A DNA stretch of 42,765 nt, from NCBI GenBank assembly GCA_031763465.1, contig JARFOE010000194.1, positions 7,169,351 to 7,212,115 of the forward strand. The letters are read 5' to 3'. Of this stretch, positions 12,503-25,354 are shown one piece after another (position 1 is the stretch's first letter; each line of letters begins with the position of its first letter). The DNA is from Squatina squatina (lineage: Eukaryota). A program made the position numbers and the translations under genes. A model generated the notes under the pieces. It was not told the DNA's origin. It ran no database searches and was given only the letters and a program-made list of their open reading frames with translations.

Positions 12503-13416
12503 TCAGTTTTGCATAATTAATTCTATTCCTAGAATATTTTTCTAACTAATAAAGAAACAATGAAATCAGTCACAAAATATCAACTGAATACCACCAGAAC
12601 CTTATCGAGCAGGTTGAGGCGACACCCTGAATCACAAAACTGAAGCTCAAGAAAGAACATGACCTGAACTGCAAGGTTTTTCACAATTTCGTCCTCAATA
12701 TCTTGGTTGACAAAAATCTATCAAAATTGTATCCCTATGGCTGAGCATTACTAAATACGTATTATTAGCCACAAGCAGAGTATCATTGTAATCCTTTGTG
12801 ATATTAAAAAGCAAAGGATTAATACAATGATAGCAGGTAATACCAATGTTGTGTTTTGGAGTAGTTATGGTGGTATCCGTATCGCAACATATTATAAATT
12901 AGGTGACAGACAGAGAGAAGTATTGACTGGATGACTCCTGCAAAGCACACATCAAGCATACACTTTCCACTCAACTTCAGCACCTTTCACTGAACTGTGT
13001 GTGCCGAAGTTGCTGCAAAGCCATAAAATCACATACAACAGAAAATAAAATGGTTTTGATAAAATAAGATTTTTTCACTGTGCATTTTGTAGAATTGTGC
13101 CCAAATTGAGACTTTCTGGACAATAAACTGGGCCTTAAAATGGAGTCTGGTCAAACAAAATGGNNNNNNNNNNNNNNNNNNNNNNNNNNNNNNNNNNNNN
13201 NNNNNNNNNNNNNNNNNNNNNNNNNNNNNNNNNNNNNNNNNNNNNNNNNNNNNNNNNNNNNNNCCCCTAATTGTGGGACCAATTGCAAATAGTTTATCTA
13301 TTGTACTAAAACCAACATCCACAAAGTGGTCAACTGTAATTAGGAAATTATCTCATGGCCAATTTGGTGAGATAAAAATTGTTTTCCAAAAATATTCATG
13401 TGAATGGTATCTTCTA

Positions 13417-13608
<192 letters not shown>

Positions 13609-13972
13609 CTATATAAAAAAAGAGAAACACTTAACTGACATTGCGAGTCTGCCATCATTAACAGTAAAAGTGCAACTTTCCTGCCATCTCTTCCATTCAA
13701 TAGTTACACAAATATCATTCTCATAACTACACTCGTAACATGTTAGATGATAGGAAAGTTGTTAATTGCGGAAAAGGTTATTGGCCTGGAATTCAAGGCA
13801 GCGTTGCTCGCACTGGCCTCGAAGAAAGCTGCCCACAAAGATCTAACGATCTCTGTGACGGAATTTCAGCTCNNNNNNNNNNNNNNNNNNNNNNNNNNNN
13901 NNNNNNNNNNNNNNNNNNNNNNNNNNNNNNNNNNNNNNNNNNNNNNNNNNNNNNNNNNNNNNNNNNNNNNNN

Positions 13973-14100
13973 GGTATCAAGGGATATGGGGATAGTGCAG
14001 GAAAATGGCACTGAGGTAGATCAGCCACGATCTTGTTGAATGGCAGAGCAGGCTCGAGGGGCCGAAAGACCTACTCCTGCTCCTACTTATGTTCTTATGT
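13973..14100 (+). mobile_element. CR1 3' UTR fragment
   Basis: Same 3' end motif as 1170-1305. Confidence 0.75.
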
Positions 14101-14194
14101 CACTTGTTGTAAACAGGGATCAGTGCTCTGTTGTTTGACATTATTAGCTTATGTTAATGAACACTGAACAGACCTAGTCAAAATCTGTGGCTTG

Positions 14195-14625
14195 ATCATA
14201 GAATCACAGGAGACCATTCAGCCCATCATGTCTATGCCGACAGTTTGAAAGAGCTTTCCAATTAGTCCCACTCTCTGTTCATTCCCCATATCCCTGCAAA
14301 TTTTTCATTTCAAGTATATATCCAATTCTACTTTGAAAGTTACAAGTGAATCTGCTTCCACCACCGTTCACAGGCTGTGAATTCCAGATCACAGCAACTT
14401 GCAGGATAAAATAAATTCTCCACATTTCCCCCTGCTTCTTTTGCCAATTATCTTAAATGTGTGTCCTCTGGTTATCAACCTTCCTGCCAATGGAAACAGT
14501 CTCTCCCTATTTGGTCCATCAAAACCTCTACTGAGCATCTCTATTAAATACCCCCTTAACCTTCGCTGCTCTAAGGAAATCAATCCCAGCTTCTGAAGTC
14601 TCTCCACATAACTGAAGTCCCTCAT
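14195..14625 (-). mobile_element. CR1 LINE 3' end
   Basis: MRDFSYVERLQKLGLISLEQRRLRGYLIEM...TRGHTFKI; tail tcatagaatc. Confidence 0.85.
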
Positions 14626-14878
14626 TTGAGAAAAAATTTGCCATTAGCAAATGTATGTTGTCTCTTATTTCTTAACCCATGTTCTTCCAATCCATAATTA
14701 ATTTTGTTCCGGATTATGGTCTCTGGAAGTTTCCCAATCACCGATGTTAGGCTTACTGGCCTAACTGGCTAGTGTCTCAAACAGGTTTTCCTTCTTTTAA
14801 TAAACTTCATACTAATTGAGATTCTATTTTATTACAGAAATAAAGCTTCCAACCAAATCATTCTCATTACCTGAAAAT

Positions 14879-15225
14879 ATGGAAACTACCAATCTGCCGA
14901 TGAGCTACTGGCAATCAGAAAATGGAAGTAAATTGCTAAAGACAAGGATGGAGGTGAATACATCAGCTGACCAAAACTGTACCATACATGAGAACTTTCT
15001 AATGGTTCTTTTGCCAGTAGCATACTCCTTCATTTTTCTAACTGGACTGATAACCAACATTTCAGCAGCGTGCATATTTTTCTTCATTGAAAACAAGAAA
15101 AACTCCATTCATGTCTACTTGATCAATATGGCAGTTGCGGACCTCCTCTCGATTGTCTGCCTCCCTTTCAGAATAGCATATCATGCAAATCATAACCAAT
15201 GGATGTTAGGGAAATGGGTCTGCAG
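14879..15225 (+). CDS. GPR34: GPR34 lysophosphatidylserine receptor, N-terminus to start of TM3; the rest is lost in the gap
   Basis: NCTIHENFLMVLLPVAYSFIFLTGLITN...KKNSIHVYLINMAVADLLSIVCLPFRIAYHANHNQWMLGKWVC matches GPR34; acceptor ttacag| at 14837; nested antisense in CASK as in other vertebrates. Confidence 0.92.
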
Positions 15226-15325
15226 NNNNNNNNNNNNNNNNNNNNNNNNNNNNNNNNNNNNNNNNNNNNNNNNNNNNNNNNNNNNNNNNNNNNNNNNNNN
15301 NNNNNNNNNNNNNNNNNNNNNNNNN

Positions 15326-15517
15326 AATTCTGTCATATTATGGTCACTCTTCCCCAAGGGGCCTCGCACAACAAGATTGCTAATTAATCCTTTCTCATTA
15401 CATAACACACAGTCTAAGGTGGCCTGCTCTCTAGTTGGTTCCTTGACCTATTGGTCCAGAAAACGATCCCGTATACACTCTAGGAATTCCTCCTCCACAG
15501 TATTGTTACTAATTTGA
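15326..15517 (-). mobile_element. CR1 ORF2 endonuclease-region fragment
   Basis: LCNEKGLISNLVVRGPLGKSDHNMTE (SDH motif). Unrelated to GPR34 although the ORF track fuses them. Confidence 0.8.
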
Positions 15518-16282
15518 AAGGTTTGCAGCACTGCACCGAGGTCCTCCTGCCCATAAGCATATAGAGGGAGCCATGGAAAACCTGGATGCAGTAATTGTCA
15601 GTGTTTGCAGCACACGTGAAAAGAAAGTTGGCCATGTTCCCTTTAAGGAAGCCAGCTGATGACATGTCATGAATGACATCACCAGATCTGCTTTCTCTAA
15701 TTGGACCAGGAAATTCGCTGGGCAGTATTTACAAGCCCTATCAATGGAAATACATTTTCCAGAGCAGGATAGAGCCAGCAGCAGGGCCATGACCTGCCAC
15801 CGACCCCGGCTGCACCATACCTGCCGAGGTAAGGAAAATCCAAATGCTTGAAATCCAAAACAGAAGTTCAGAAAGAGAAAATGCAGGCTAATACCCTTCC
15901 TCAGGTGCTGACTGGTTTCTTCTACATTTCCAGCATTTTCTGGTTTTGTTTATGTTGTATTATCAGGTTTGTTACCGGCTACTAATTACTTATTAACCCC
16001 AAGCAAATAATGTGTAATTTAGCTTGCTCTGACTCATCCTGCTTAAACTGATTCAATTAACATTCATTAAGCTACGCCTCAGCCACCAGCAGGGAAACAC
16101 TGCAACATTGCTTGGAACTACATTTATCCCTCAGTTCACTACAGATTTCTTTTTACAGAGAATTGTTAGGACATGGAATGCCCCATTAGAAATAGTGTTG
16201 AAAGTAGAATCCATAATAAAAGGGAAATTTACATGAACACCTTCCAATGTCTATGCCAGTAGTCTCCTTTCTCACCCAGTTC

Positions 16283-17206
16283 ATGTTCTGGAGAATATTG
16301 GTCTCCTAACACCTAAATTTTACAGATGTTGGTGCTGCTTTATTGAAATTGTAACCTTGATGAAGGTATTCACAACTGTTTGAAGTAAGGCATTGCATCT
16401 AATGTGTTAAGGCATTAAAGGGAGAGTGTTTCACAGCTTTCAAAATTTATAGATGCAGAACTCGTTCTCCCCTCAACCCCAGTTCATCCATCTCTCAATG
16501 ATGCTGCCACTCTCCTTCCCGGTCCATACTGCTGCTCGCCACATCTTTCCCACTCCCCAGCATCACCTTTAGGGTCTTCTGTCTCCTACCAGAGTCCTGC
16601 TATTGGTGTACTGCTTTAAGCCAAAGTGACTAAATGTAGCTGTATAATGTGGACAGGCATACCTGCCTAATTCTATGTATTCACATTCAACTATTTTGAT
16701 TGAAAGGAGCAGCAAAATGACATGATTAGGAGCCCTAGAAGGATGCTGAGGTTAGACAGAGGAGACCCAGGAGCAGTACTCAGGGGGGAGTTGCCTGACC
16801 CTGCTGATTTTCATTTGCAAACAGACAGGGCCCCCAAAATACTTACAGCCAAATACATACAGATGGCACGTATGGTTAGAATCAAAGAGGCATTCCAGTA
16901 ATTTCTTTGTTCAAGGTTTATTCCAAGGATTAAGGTAACTCCCTCCTCCCTGCACCTGCTGCATTATGAGAATTACAAGGAAGTTTCCTTGCTTCTCTTA
17001 CAAGTGTCTCTACATGTTAATGCTTCCATTCTGCATCTTTAAATTTTGAAAGCTGTGAAACACTCTCCTTTTAATGCCTTAACACATTAGGTGCAATGCC
17101 TTACTTCAAACAGTCGTGAATAGCTCCATCAAGGTTACAATTTCAATAAAGCAGCACCAACATCTGTAAATTTTAGGTGTTAGGAGACCAATATTCTCCA
17201 GAACAT
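16283..17206. repeat. Long inverted repeat: arms 16283-16460 and 17029-17206 (178 bp each), 568-bp spacer
   Basis: Manual alignment of the left arm to the reverse complement of the right arm gave 7 mismatches and no indels. Confidence 0.92.
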
Positions 17207-17756
17207 CTCCTTAGATGCTGGGGGATGGGAACTTGAGCAGGGAGACAGGAGGGGGAAACAAAGAGAAACAAAAGACAGAAAAGGAAGAAGCAAAAATGGA
17301 AGGTAGAGAAAACAGAAAGAGGCAAATAGGGCCATAGTGCAAAAAAAAGCNNNNNNNNNNNNNNNNNNNNNNNNNNNNNNNNNNNNNNNNNNNNNNNNNN
17401 NNNNNNNNNNNNNNNNNNNNNNNNNNNNNNNNNNNNNNNNNNNNNNNNNNGTTACATGGAGAGGATGAATAAGGTTTTTTAAAAAAAACTGTTTAATCTT
17501 ATTTTGTAAACAGAGGGAAAAAATTCCCTTAATGACAAAGAGGAACTGAATCAGTCCTGTGGATAATAAAAAAACAGGAATTACATCCCCTATTTGGCAG
17601 GCACGTAAAATTTAAATTCACCTTGCTTACATAAGTAATTTTTCAGCTTTCTGATGCAATGCTGTACATAAGTTTTCAGATGGCAAAAGGGGCATACAAG
17701 TAGAAGCTGTTCAATATAAACTCAATCAATAATTTGTGTTTGTTTCTTTCAGATTA

Positions 17757-18752
17757 ATGGATAATCAGTGTACTCTTACTGTTGACAGCATTCAGAGACA
17801 GATACTGGGAGGCCTATACATAATAACATTCTTGATAGGAGTCATTAGTAACGTTGTGACAATATGGGCNNNNNNNNNNAAACAAGCTGATAAATCTGCA
17901 ACCTTCATTTACATGAAAAATTTAACTGCTTCTGATTTACTCCTTTCCTGCAGTCTTATCTTTCGAGCCATATATTACTTGAAGAGTGATTCATGGAACC
18001 ATGAAGATTTTGCATGCATTTTAACAGCATTTGTAACAATTTCAATTTTCTATGTTAATATGTACTGCAGCATACTTTTCTTGTTATGGACTAGCATCAG
18101 CAGATATGCAATAGTAGTAAGACCCAAATTTGCTCTTATGCACTATTTTACCAAACCTAAAGTAATCATACTTGTATGTGTTTTTACCTGGATTGTACCA
18201 GCAATGTGCATTTTACCTTTACTCTCATCCTATTTTGCAGTCAATTCAACTGTAAATGCAAAGTCTTGCTATGATCTAATCAACAAGAGTGGAAAACTTT
18301 TTAAGAATCCTCATATTTTTGGTGCAGCTTTCTTTTTTCTAACATTACTATCTTTGATTGTTTTTTACGCTCTGTTGGCTTACCACTTATATCAAACCCA
18401 AAAGAACAGTATGGTAGCCAAAAGTCAGAGCAGTAACTTAAAGGTCCGCAGGAAAATTTTTGCATCCATCATTTTGTTCATCGTCTGCTTTGTGCCATAT
18501 CATGTCCACCGAGTTTTGTTTGTTGCATCTGGTGACGTAAACTGTCAGTGGCAGGAAAAACTAAACAAAGTGAAAAGTGGTGTGATTCTACTTGCTGCTC
18601 TAAGTTGCTGTATTCATCCACTGTTACATTTATGCTTTTGTTCAAAGTTTTGCAAAGCAAAGGATGCTCCTAGGAAAGTAATTGTTAATAGCTGCACTGA
18701 CAATACCAAGAGTGACCAGAATGTGACTCCAGAAGAAAAGACAAAACTGTAA
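17757..18752 (+). CDS. GPR82: Class A 7TM receptor, GPR82-like (P2Y12/GPR34 group), ~331 aa, single coding exon; exact orthology uncertain
   Basis: Seven hydrophobic segments; GVISN, NLTASD, W-T-S-I-SRY, CFVPYH, NCQ; acceptor ttctttcag| at 17752 just before the ATG; lies between GPR34 and CASK exon 5. The 10-N gap at 17870-17879 keeps the frame. Confidence 0.8.
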   Translation: MDNQCTLTVDSIQRQILGGLYIITFLIGVISNVVTIWXXXXKQADKSATFIYMKNLTASDLLLSCSLIFRAIYYLKSDSWNHEDFACILTAFVTISIFYVNMYCSILFLLWTSISRYAIVVRPKFALMHYFTKPKVIILVCVFTWIVPAMCILPLLSSYFAVNSTVNAKSCYDLINKSGKLFKNPHIFGAAFFFLTLLSLIVFYALLAYHLYQTQKNSMVAKSQSSNLKVRRKIFASIILFIVCFVPYHVHRVLFVASGDVNCQWQEKLNKVKSGVILLAALSCCIHPLLHLCFCSKFCKAKDAPRKVIVNSCTDNTKSDQNVTPEEKTKL

Positions 18753-18884
18753 ATGAACGCAAACTTCTATCAAAATAGTTGAACNNNNNNNNNNNNNNNN
18801 NNNNNNNNNNNNNNNNNNNNNNNNNNNNNNNNNNNNNNNNNNNNNNNNNNNNNNNNNNNNNNNNNNNNNNNNNNNNNNNNNNNN

Positions 18885-19050
18885 TAAAAGATCCCATGGC
18901 ACTATTTCAAAGAAGAGCAGGGGAGTTATCCCCGGTGTCCTGGCCAATATTTATCCCTCAACCGACATCACTGAAACAGATTATCTTGTCCTTTATCTCC
19001 CTTAATTGTCCTTTAATTGGTGGCTGTGTTTCCTATATTACAGCGGGAAA
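18885..19050 (+). mobile_element. Deu-domain SINE fragment
   Basis: aaagatcccatggcactatttcaaagaagagcaggggagtt..cctggccaatatttatccctcaacc. Confidence 0.7.
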
Positions 19051-19260
19051 CATTTTACTTAATGATTTTGGGAAATGGATGCAGAATTGATTTTTCTGCT
19101 CAGTTTATGCAATATACAGTGTGCAGACATTTTGGATTTGACTATTGCAAATCCTTACGCATAATAGTTGCACTTTTGAGGTAACTTATTCAGATTCTCC
19201 TTTGAATGAGGCTCAGTTCAGGGCTTTATCTGCAAACAGAACAGCATCACCAGTCAACTA

Positions 19261-19407
<147 letters not shown>

Positions 19408-19823
19408 CTATAAAATTATTTAAACTTTATTTTTGTCCCATAACCTGTCTATATCATTTTGCATGCCAATTCCCACCGGGAGGATTGACAGAGGATATGT
19501 TCCAATGCCACACTTGTCTTCTCAGAGGTCCATACATTTGCACATCCTAGAAGATAGTTAGAGTGGCACTGCCAGAATTTTTCTTCCCGTCCCTATAGGA
19601 AAGTTCTGGCCTATGCTTGGCATCTTCCTCTAAAGGAAGTTTAAGACCATTTGCAGGAAATTATAAGCACAAGTTTGCATCCTATTCAGTGGTACAGTGT
19701 GTTATTACTCCAATGTGTTGCACNNNNNNNNNNNNNNNNNNNNNNNNNNNNNNNNNNNNNNNNNNNNNNNNNNNNNNNNNNNNNNNNNNNNNNNNNNNNN
19801 NNNNNNNNNNNNNNNNNNNNNNN

Positions 19824-20072
19824 AAAGAAATTTTTTTTTTTTTTTTTAAAACATATATTGTTATGATCTGGAATACACTGCCTGAAAAGTTGGTAGAAGC
19901 AAATTCAATAGTAACTTTCCGAAGAGAGTTGGATAAATACTTGGAGAATTTTTTTTAAATAAAGAGGGCACTGCAGAAAGAGCAGGGGAGTGGGACTATT
20001 TGGATAGATCTACAAATGAGCCGGCACAAACACGATGGGAAGAATGGCCTCCTTCGGTGCTATGATACATTC
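19824..20072 (+). mobile_element. CR1 3' end
   Basis: IWNTLPEKLVEANSIVTFRRELDKYL, then UTR ending gaatggcctccttc. Confidence 0.8.
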
Positions 20073-20210
20073 TGAGAGCCAAAAAGTGCTGAAGCAGAGT
20101 TAAAATATAGTTTATATTTTTAATAACTTTTTGAAGTTAAGAAATTAAATCGCAAGAGTCATCATGTTTCATACTTTTACAGTTAGAAAATAAATAGTAA
20201 ATTCCCATAC

Positions 20211-20323
20211 CTTCTGTACTCAGTCCAGGACTGGAGGTGAATTTGGCCACATCTACAATCTTCACAGCAAACTGCTGTCCTGTTTCTCTGTTGATACATC
20301 GTCGCACAACACTGAATGGTCCC
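20211..20323 (-). CDS. CASK: CASK exon 2 (113 nt), CaMK domain
   Basis: ttgcag|G GGA CCA... translates to [37 protein letters not shown]; donor G|gtatgg; phase fits exon 1. Confidence 0.97.
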
Positions 20324-21529
20324 CTGCAATTCAAAAGACACAAGTCTTTAAAAAAAAAGGGTATGTAGAGACATTTTTAAAAAGTCTCAACGATAGCAAA
20401 TTTTCAATAGTATGACAAACCGATCCATAGCAACACCGGATAAACACATTAAGGCCGACAGAAAATGACTTCCAATAATTATACCTTTCATAGGATTTTT
20501 CAGCAGAAGCAGTTTTTTAAAATCTATTTTGAAGTATATTTTCACACTAATGTAAACTAGTTATAACTAGTAGTTTCCCCAACAGTTAAGGACTATATAC
20601 TTTCCCTATTAAACAAACTGTGTACTGTACACTTCATAAACAGTGAAAAGTAAATACATATTAACCAATTGCTTTCAATGTATGATAGTTATGTACAAAC
20701 CAGGTTCTCATCTTGCAAGCACTTTTATCAGTAGCTACTTTTACACTTTAGTTGATTTGATATGCAATGATAGTCCCAATGTCCTCAAACATCAATTATC
20801 CTGAATAATCCTGTGTTTTCATCTACTCATTATTGCATCTGCAGATTTAAGACGTCAAAATCATTTGAAATTAATTCTAAAAGCACAAGTCTAAAAATTC
20901 AATTCTATGAATTTACACTTAATCAGCAGAGTAAACATAGCTGATGTTTCACTCATTGCATAAGTTTGTGTAATTGTGTTAATCAGCTCACTTGTCAAAT
21001 AGCTTGTTAATTTTGTAGAATATGCAACTGACAAATGATATTTACATACTCAATCAGCACTAGTTTTAAGTACTTAGTAGAAACTTAGCTGTAAATTTAA
21101 ACGTGCTCGATAACTACTTCTAGCTTCTATAGAAGGCAAATGCTGTCAGTACAATATAAAAGTAATCTCCAGATATTACATTTAATAAAGAAAAGCATAT
21201 TTGCATTCAAGCAAGATGCTTAAAAGTAACAAGTAACTTATTCGTAAAGAGTTGTGCATCCTAACTTGATTACATGAACTCGATTTAATGGTTTACACAT
21301 GTCGATCTAGGTTGGAGTCCATTTAAATCACCGATGAAAACTTAAATCTAATGGGTACATAAAAGTAATTTTGTTTTAAAACAGATAATACATGGGGCAC
21401 AAAGTGGTAGGATTACTCCTTCACTTTCACATGAATGTATCAATGTTTCAACAAAAGAAAATATTTAAAATAGCCACAAAAATCTACAGCTGAACTGAAA
21501 GTAGAATTTCACTCTGGTTATCTGGACTT

Positions 21530-21762
21530 CAGTTATTCCCAGGGTCCTGGCCAATATTTACCCCTCAAATCAACATCACTAAAACAGATTATCTGGTCAT
21601 TATCTCATAGCTGTTTGTAGGAGCTTGCTGCACGCAAATTGCTGCTGCGTTTTCCACATTACAACAGTGACTACACTTCAAAAAAAAGTATTTCATTGGC
21701 TGTAAAGCACTTTGGGATGAGCGGTCGTCATGAAAGGCGCTCTATAAATGGAAGCCTTTCTT
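21530..21762 (+). mobile_element. Deu-domain SINE 3' half
   Basis: cctggccaatattta...acaacagtgactacacttcaaaa...ggctgtaaagcactttggga...gaaaggcgctctataaatg. Confidence 0.8.
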
Positions 21763-23049
21763 ATTCATTTATTGCATTGTGTAAAATTGCCACTTTCTTA
21801 ACACCATCACTGGGCTGAAAAAAATGGCCATTGCAGCAATCACATCCTCAGGTCACTCATCTTTACAAATGTGTGTGTAATAAGCAATTTAGATGCTTAC
21901 TGTATATAAGTGGTACAGCATGGTTCAGTCAGGCAATTTGAACATAGATGCATGTTTTATAAAATTAACCCCGATGATTGTGAACAGCTCAGAAGAACCT
22001 ATAGGATTGATACCAGAATGCAACAGTTAAATATTTTCTACCTACCTACAAAATGTTGGGCCCCAGCATTAGTTCTCCTCCCCTTCTGACACCATTGGAC
22101 CCTCAACCATTTTGTATTGTCACACACAAAAAAAGTTGTTTCCTTCCAGAATATAAATGGCTGGGTGTGGTTGAGTATTCACTCATCACAAGGATTTTGA
22201 CACTGCTAATTATCTATGAACTTAAGTAATTTCTAAAAATCAAACTATCGCCAGTGTCTGCGTGTTAGTTCACCAAAGTACATGTACTACAATTCACAGT
22301 ATTTCAATCCAGGTGCTGATTAACACATTCCTAACTGACACCTTAGAACTGTCGTGCACAGCTACACTGAGTATTGCGTATGATCCGCTGCAGAAGAAAT
22401 ATCAAAGAAAGAATTCGAGAAGAATAAACAATTTAGTTTGGTTTACATATATTCCTTTGGAAAATTGCCCCGTTCTCTTGAGTTCAACAAAAGCTTTGTT
22501 ACAGGCTATCATTTTGTCACCATTTACCTAATATATTGTTTGCTTAATGCCAAGGATGCCAACTCAGGCGAGGCATCGCTGATTTTGTGTGAAGACCAGG
22601 ATATGTTTTCTGACTGTACACTCTCAGCATGGAGCCTCACCCTCTAGGAACACGCGTCAGGAAATTGCATGTGCATTCCCCAATACTAACAGCTTTATTT
22701 TACTGAGCACAAGTTTTCACCAAAAGAAGTCTCCAAACAACTTATGCATTCTACCAAAATAAAATTGAAATCTGAATACCCTAAAAAAAAGCTTTATAAA
22801 TGAGTTTGTCACATGAAGTGGAATCTTTTTTTGAGGGCGTCTCATAGCGGGGCGGTAAAGCAAATATTCTAGCCTCCATTCACCTTGAAACGTTGAAGTG
22901 CAGTTTAGTAAAGGTGGCCAAGTAATTTAAAGAAATGAAGAAGTGATTTAAAGTGTTTTAAGATGGTCTGAATAAAATACATTTTGGGGCAGTACTATGT
23001 GAATTTGCTTGTGCATTTGAAGATCTTAAATGAGATGCAGGAGTCTGAA

Positions 23050-23520
23050 AAACCCATGACTCCTTTTCTCTGCAGCGAACTGCTTGCTCAAACTCCCTTC
23101 CAGCCTCACCTCTAACACCAAATAGAAGAACCTTATTGATTTTTTTGTCTCAATGATTGAGACTGTTGCCCTGCTGCTGATCGTTTTTCAATCACTTAAC
23201 TCATCCTAACCCCGACCACCATCAGTTTTTTCTTCTCTGTTACTTCCCATCTGCCCTCTCTAAGCTCATTTATTCTGAAAGACCCAGCTCCTGCTCCCTT
23301 GATCACATGTCCACCCAACAATACCATTCAACTGCCTTTTCAGGCCTTAAGACTTAACAAATTTGTTAATGGCTCCTTCAGTCCCTTTTCTTTTCAAAAG
23401 CACCATTATTTTCCCTTTTCAAAAAAAAGACACTTTTGACCCAGCACCCAATCTTCCTTTTTCGTCCAAGGTTCCTCGAATGTCCCATTCCCACCCAGTT
23501 GGATATTTACCTCCCCCACA
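23050..23520 (+). mobile_element. Old L2 RT fragment
   Basis: Pyrimidine-rich, degenerate SCSLD...FKSTII...FLxKVLE region. Confidence 0.5.
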
Positions 23521-23759
23521 ATTGTCCCATCCATGAAAGAGAGGTTCGCAGACAATTTCCATGTTTTATAGGAGACGCATACTGCAGTTTACAATTTTGT
23601 AGAGTAGTTTTCTTTCGTCGGTATCACAGCTGTTTCCATAAGTGAACTTTGTCCCCTACCATCCAGAACTCCTTGTTTGTATAGGTTACAGCAAAATGTG
23701 ACCTATCTTTTGTTGCTCGTGCTGTAATTTTATTTGTTTTGCAAGGGATCGAGAAAGTT

Positions 23760-24075
23760 ACAGTGCGCCCAATTGGTCCCTCAGCACTAGCGCTAAACGG
23801 GCGCTAGGGGTCTAACACCCGTTTTTGGCGCTAATGGGCTGTTTTGAAGAATTGGCAGTGGGCCAATGATGGTGCTAAATGGACGCTGCTCCTGCAGCGC
23901 CAGAAACTTGGCATCGGGCGCTGGACGTCGGCCATGAAGTTATCAGAAGGCACAGCGTCCAAAATGGTCAACCAACAAAGAATTGGGCTCTGTTTGAAGT
24001 CTTTAAAAATAACGGTGACACTGCCCAGTTGTTCGGGCGGTGCCACACTCCCTCCATTGATTTTTGGTGCTATTT
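23760..24075. mobile_element. CpG-rich MITE-like repeat; inverted copy at 32340-32535
   Basis: gctaaacgggcgctaggggtctaacacccgtttttgg matches the reverse complement of 32455-32492. Confidence 0.6.
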
Positions 24076-24189
24076 AAAGGGGTAGGTCANNNNNNNNNNN
24101 NNNNNNNNNNNNNNNNNNNNNNNNNNNNNNNNNNNNNNNNNNNNNNNNNNNNNNNNNNNNNNNNNNNNNNNNNNNNNNNNNNNNNNNNN

Positions 24190-24990
24190 CTGCACTAAGC
24201 AGCAACTCAGCCTCACTGATTTCAAACTCCATCTCAACTCAGCTTGCCCTTTCTCCTCTGATTTCACTGTCCTCTTGTCCTTCCCTCAATCTTTTCCTCC
24301 ATATAAATTAGCCACCCCCTCAAACATGCCAGCTCACGTGACATTTCTACACTCATGGCCTTAATCAGGCTATATAATTTCCTTTTTTCATCATCCATAT
24401 CCTCCTCCTGCCTTCCAACCCCACTTCTTTCTCAATCTGTTCCAAGCTATTTACAACTGCACTTTAAAACTCCCCACCATATAGCCTTTGATTCCCCCAT
24501 GTGCTACGATACCTCTGCAGGTGTCTATTTGCTCAAACATTCCCTCTCCTCCAACCTTGATGCCCCTGTCCCTGGTGAAATCCTTTCTCTCTCACTCTGG
24601 TCTTTTCCCGTGATGTCACTCGAGTTCAAGGGTTGCAGACTTGAGTGTATCTGGCACACAACTGGTTTAGCTATCCATCTCTAGATCTGGTTGGATCATA
24701 GCAAGCTCCATCAGGCCTCGCTCTCCTCTGCCAAAACCATTACTCCAGAATCATCCGAGAGAGCGAGAGTAAACCGTGCGCTTTTCTCCACTACCAACCG
24801 TCTCCTCAAGCCCCTCTCCCCTGCTGCCTACAGCCTCCAACAAGTGCAGGGACCTCCGGACACTAAATTTGAGACCACCTGTTCAGCTGCCTCTGTTGCA
24901 TCCCATGCACCCACCCTCTGTCCTCGATTCACCTCTTACTCTAGTTTTTCTAATCTCCCCTCGTGTTCTCAAGATAATCTTGTTCACCAG
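24190..24990 (+). mobile_element. L2 ORF2 fragment
   Basis: KGCRLECIWHTTGLAIHL...ASLSSAKT...LFSTTNRLLKP. Confidence 0.75.
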
Positions 24991-25354
24991 ACCCACTTCA
25001 ATCTAGTCATAGTCAAAGCATCTCTAGTAATGGCTTCTCCTTCCAGCCTGCACCTCTTGGTAATTATTTTAGTTGACAAACAAAAATAACTTCAGATGAG
25101 GAAGACCATTCAACTCACCTATGTTGTCCTTCTATACAAGCTTACAGTCCCCATCACAGAACCTAACTTCCCCTTGAATTATTCTAGAGGTTTTGCAGCT
25201 GCAACTCTAACTATAAGACCATTCCAGTTATTAACTGATTTGACAACTTTTACCATGTATTTTTGCCAAACCTAACTGAAAATCCTTCAAAGCTCACTTT
25301 TTAAAAAAAAAACAGGTTTGAGATAAGTGTTTCAATAAGACCACCTTCTCTTCA

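Noticed and set aside
13796-13872. ALLALASKK resembling CASK exon 6 (VLLASKE)
   Set aside because: Wrong strand and no further similarity; coincidence.
14816-15517. 233-aa ORF as a full GPR34 or a fusion protein
   Set aside because: The part after the gap is antisense CR1 endonuclease sequence from another contig.
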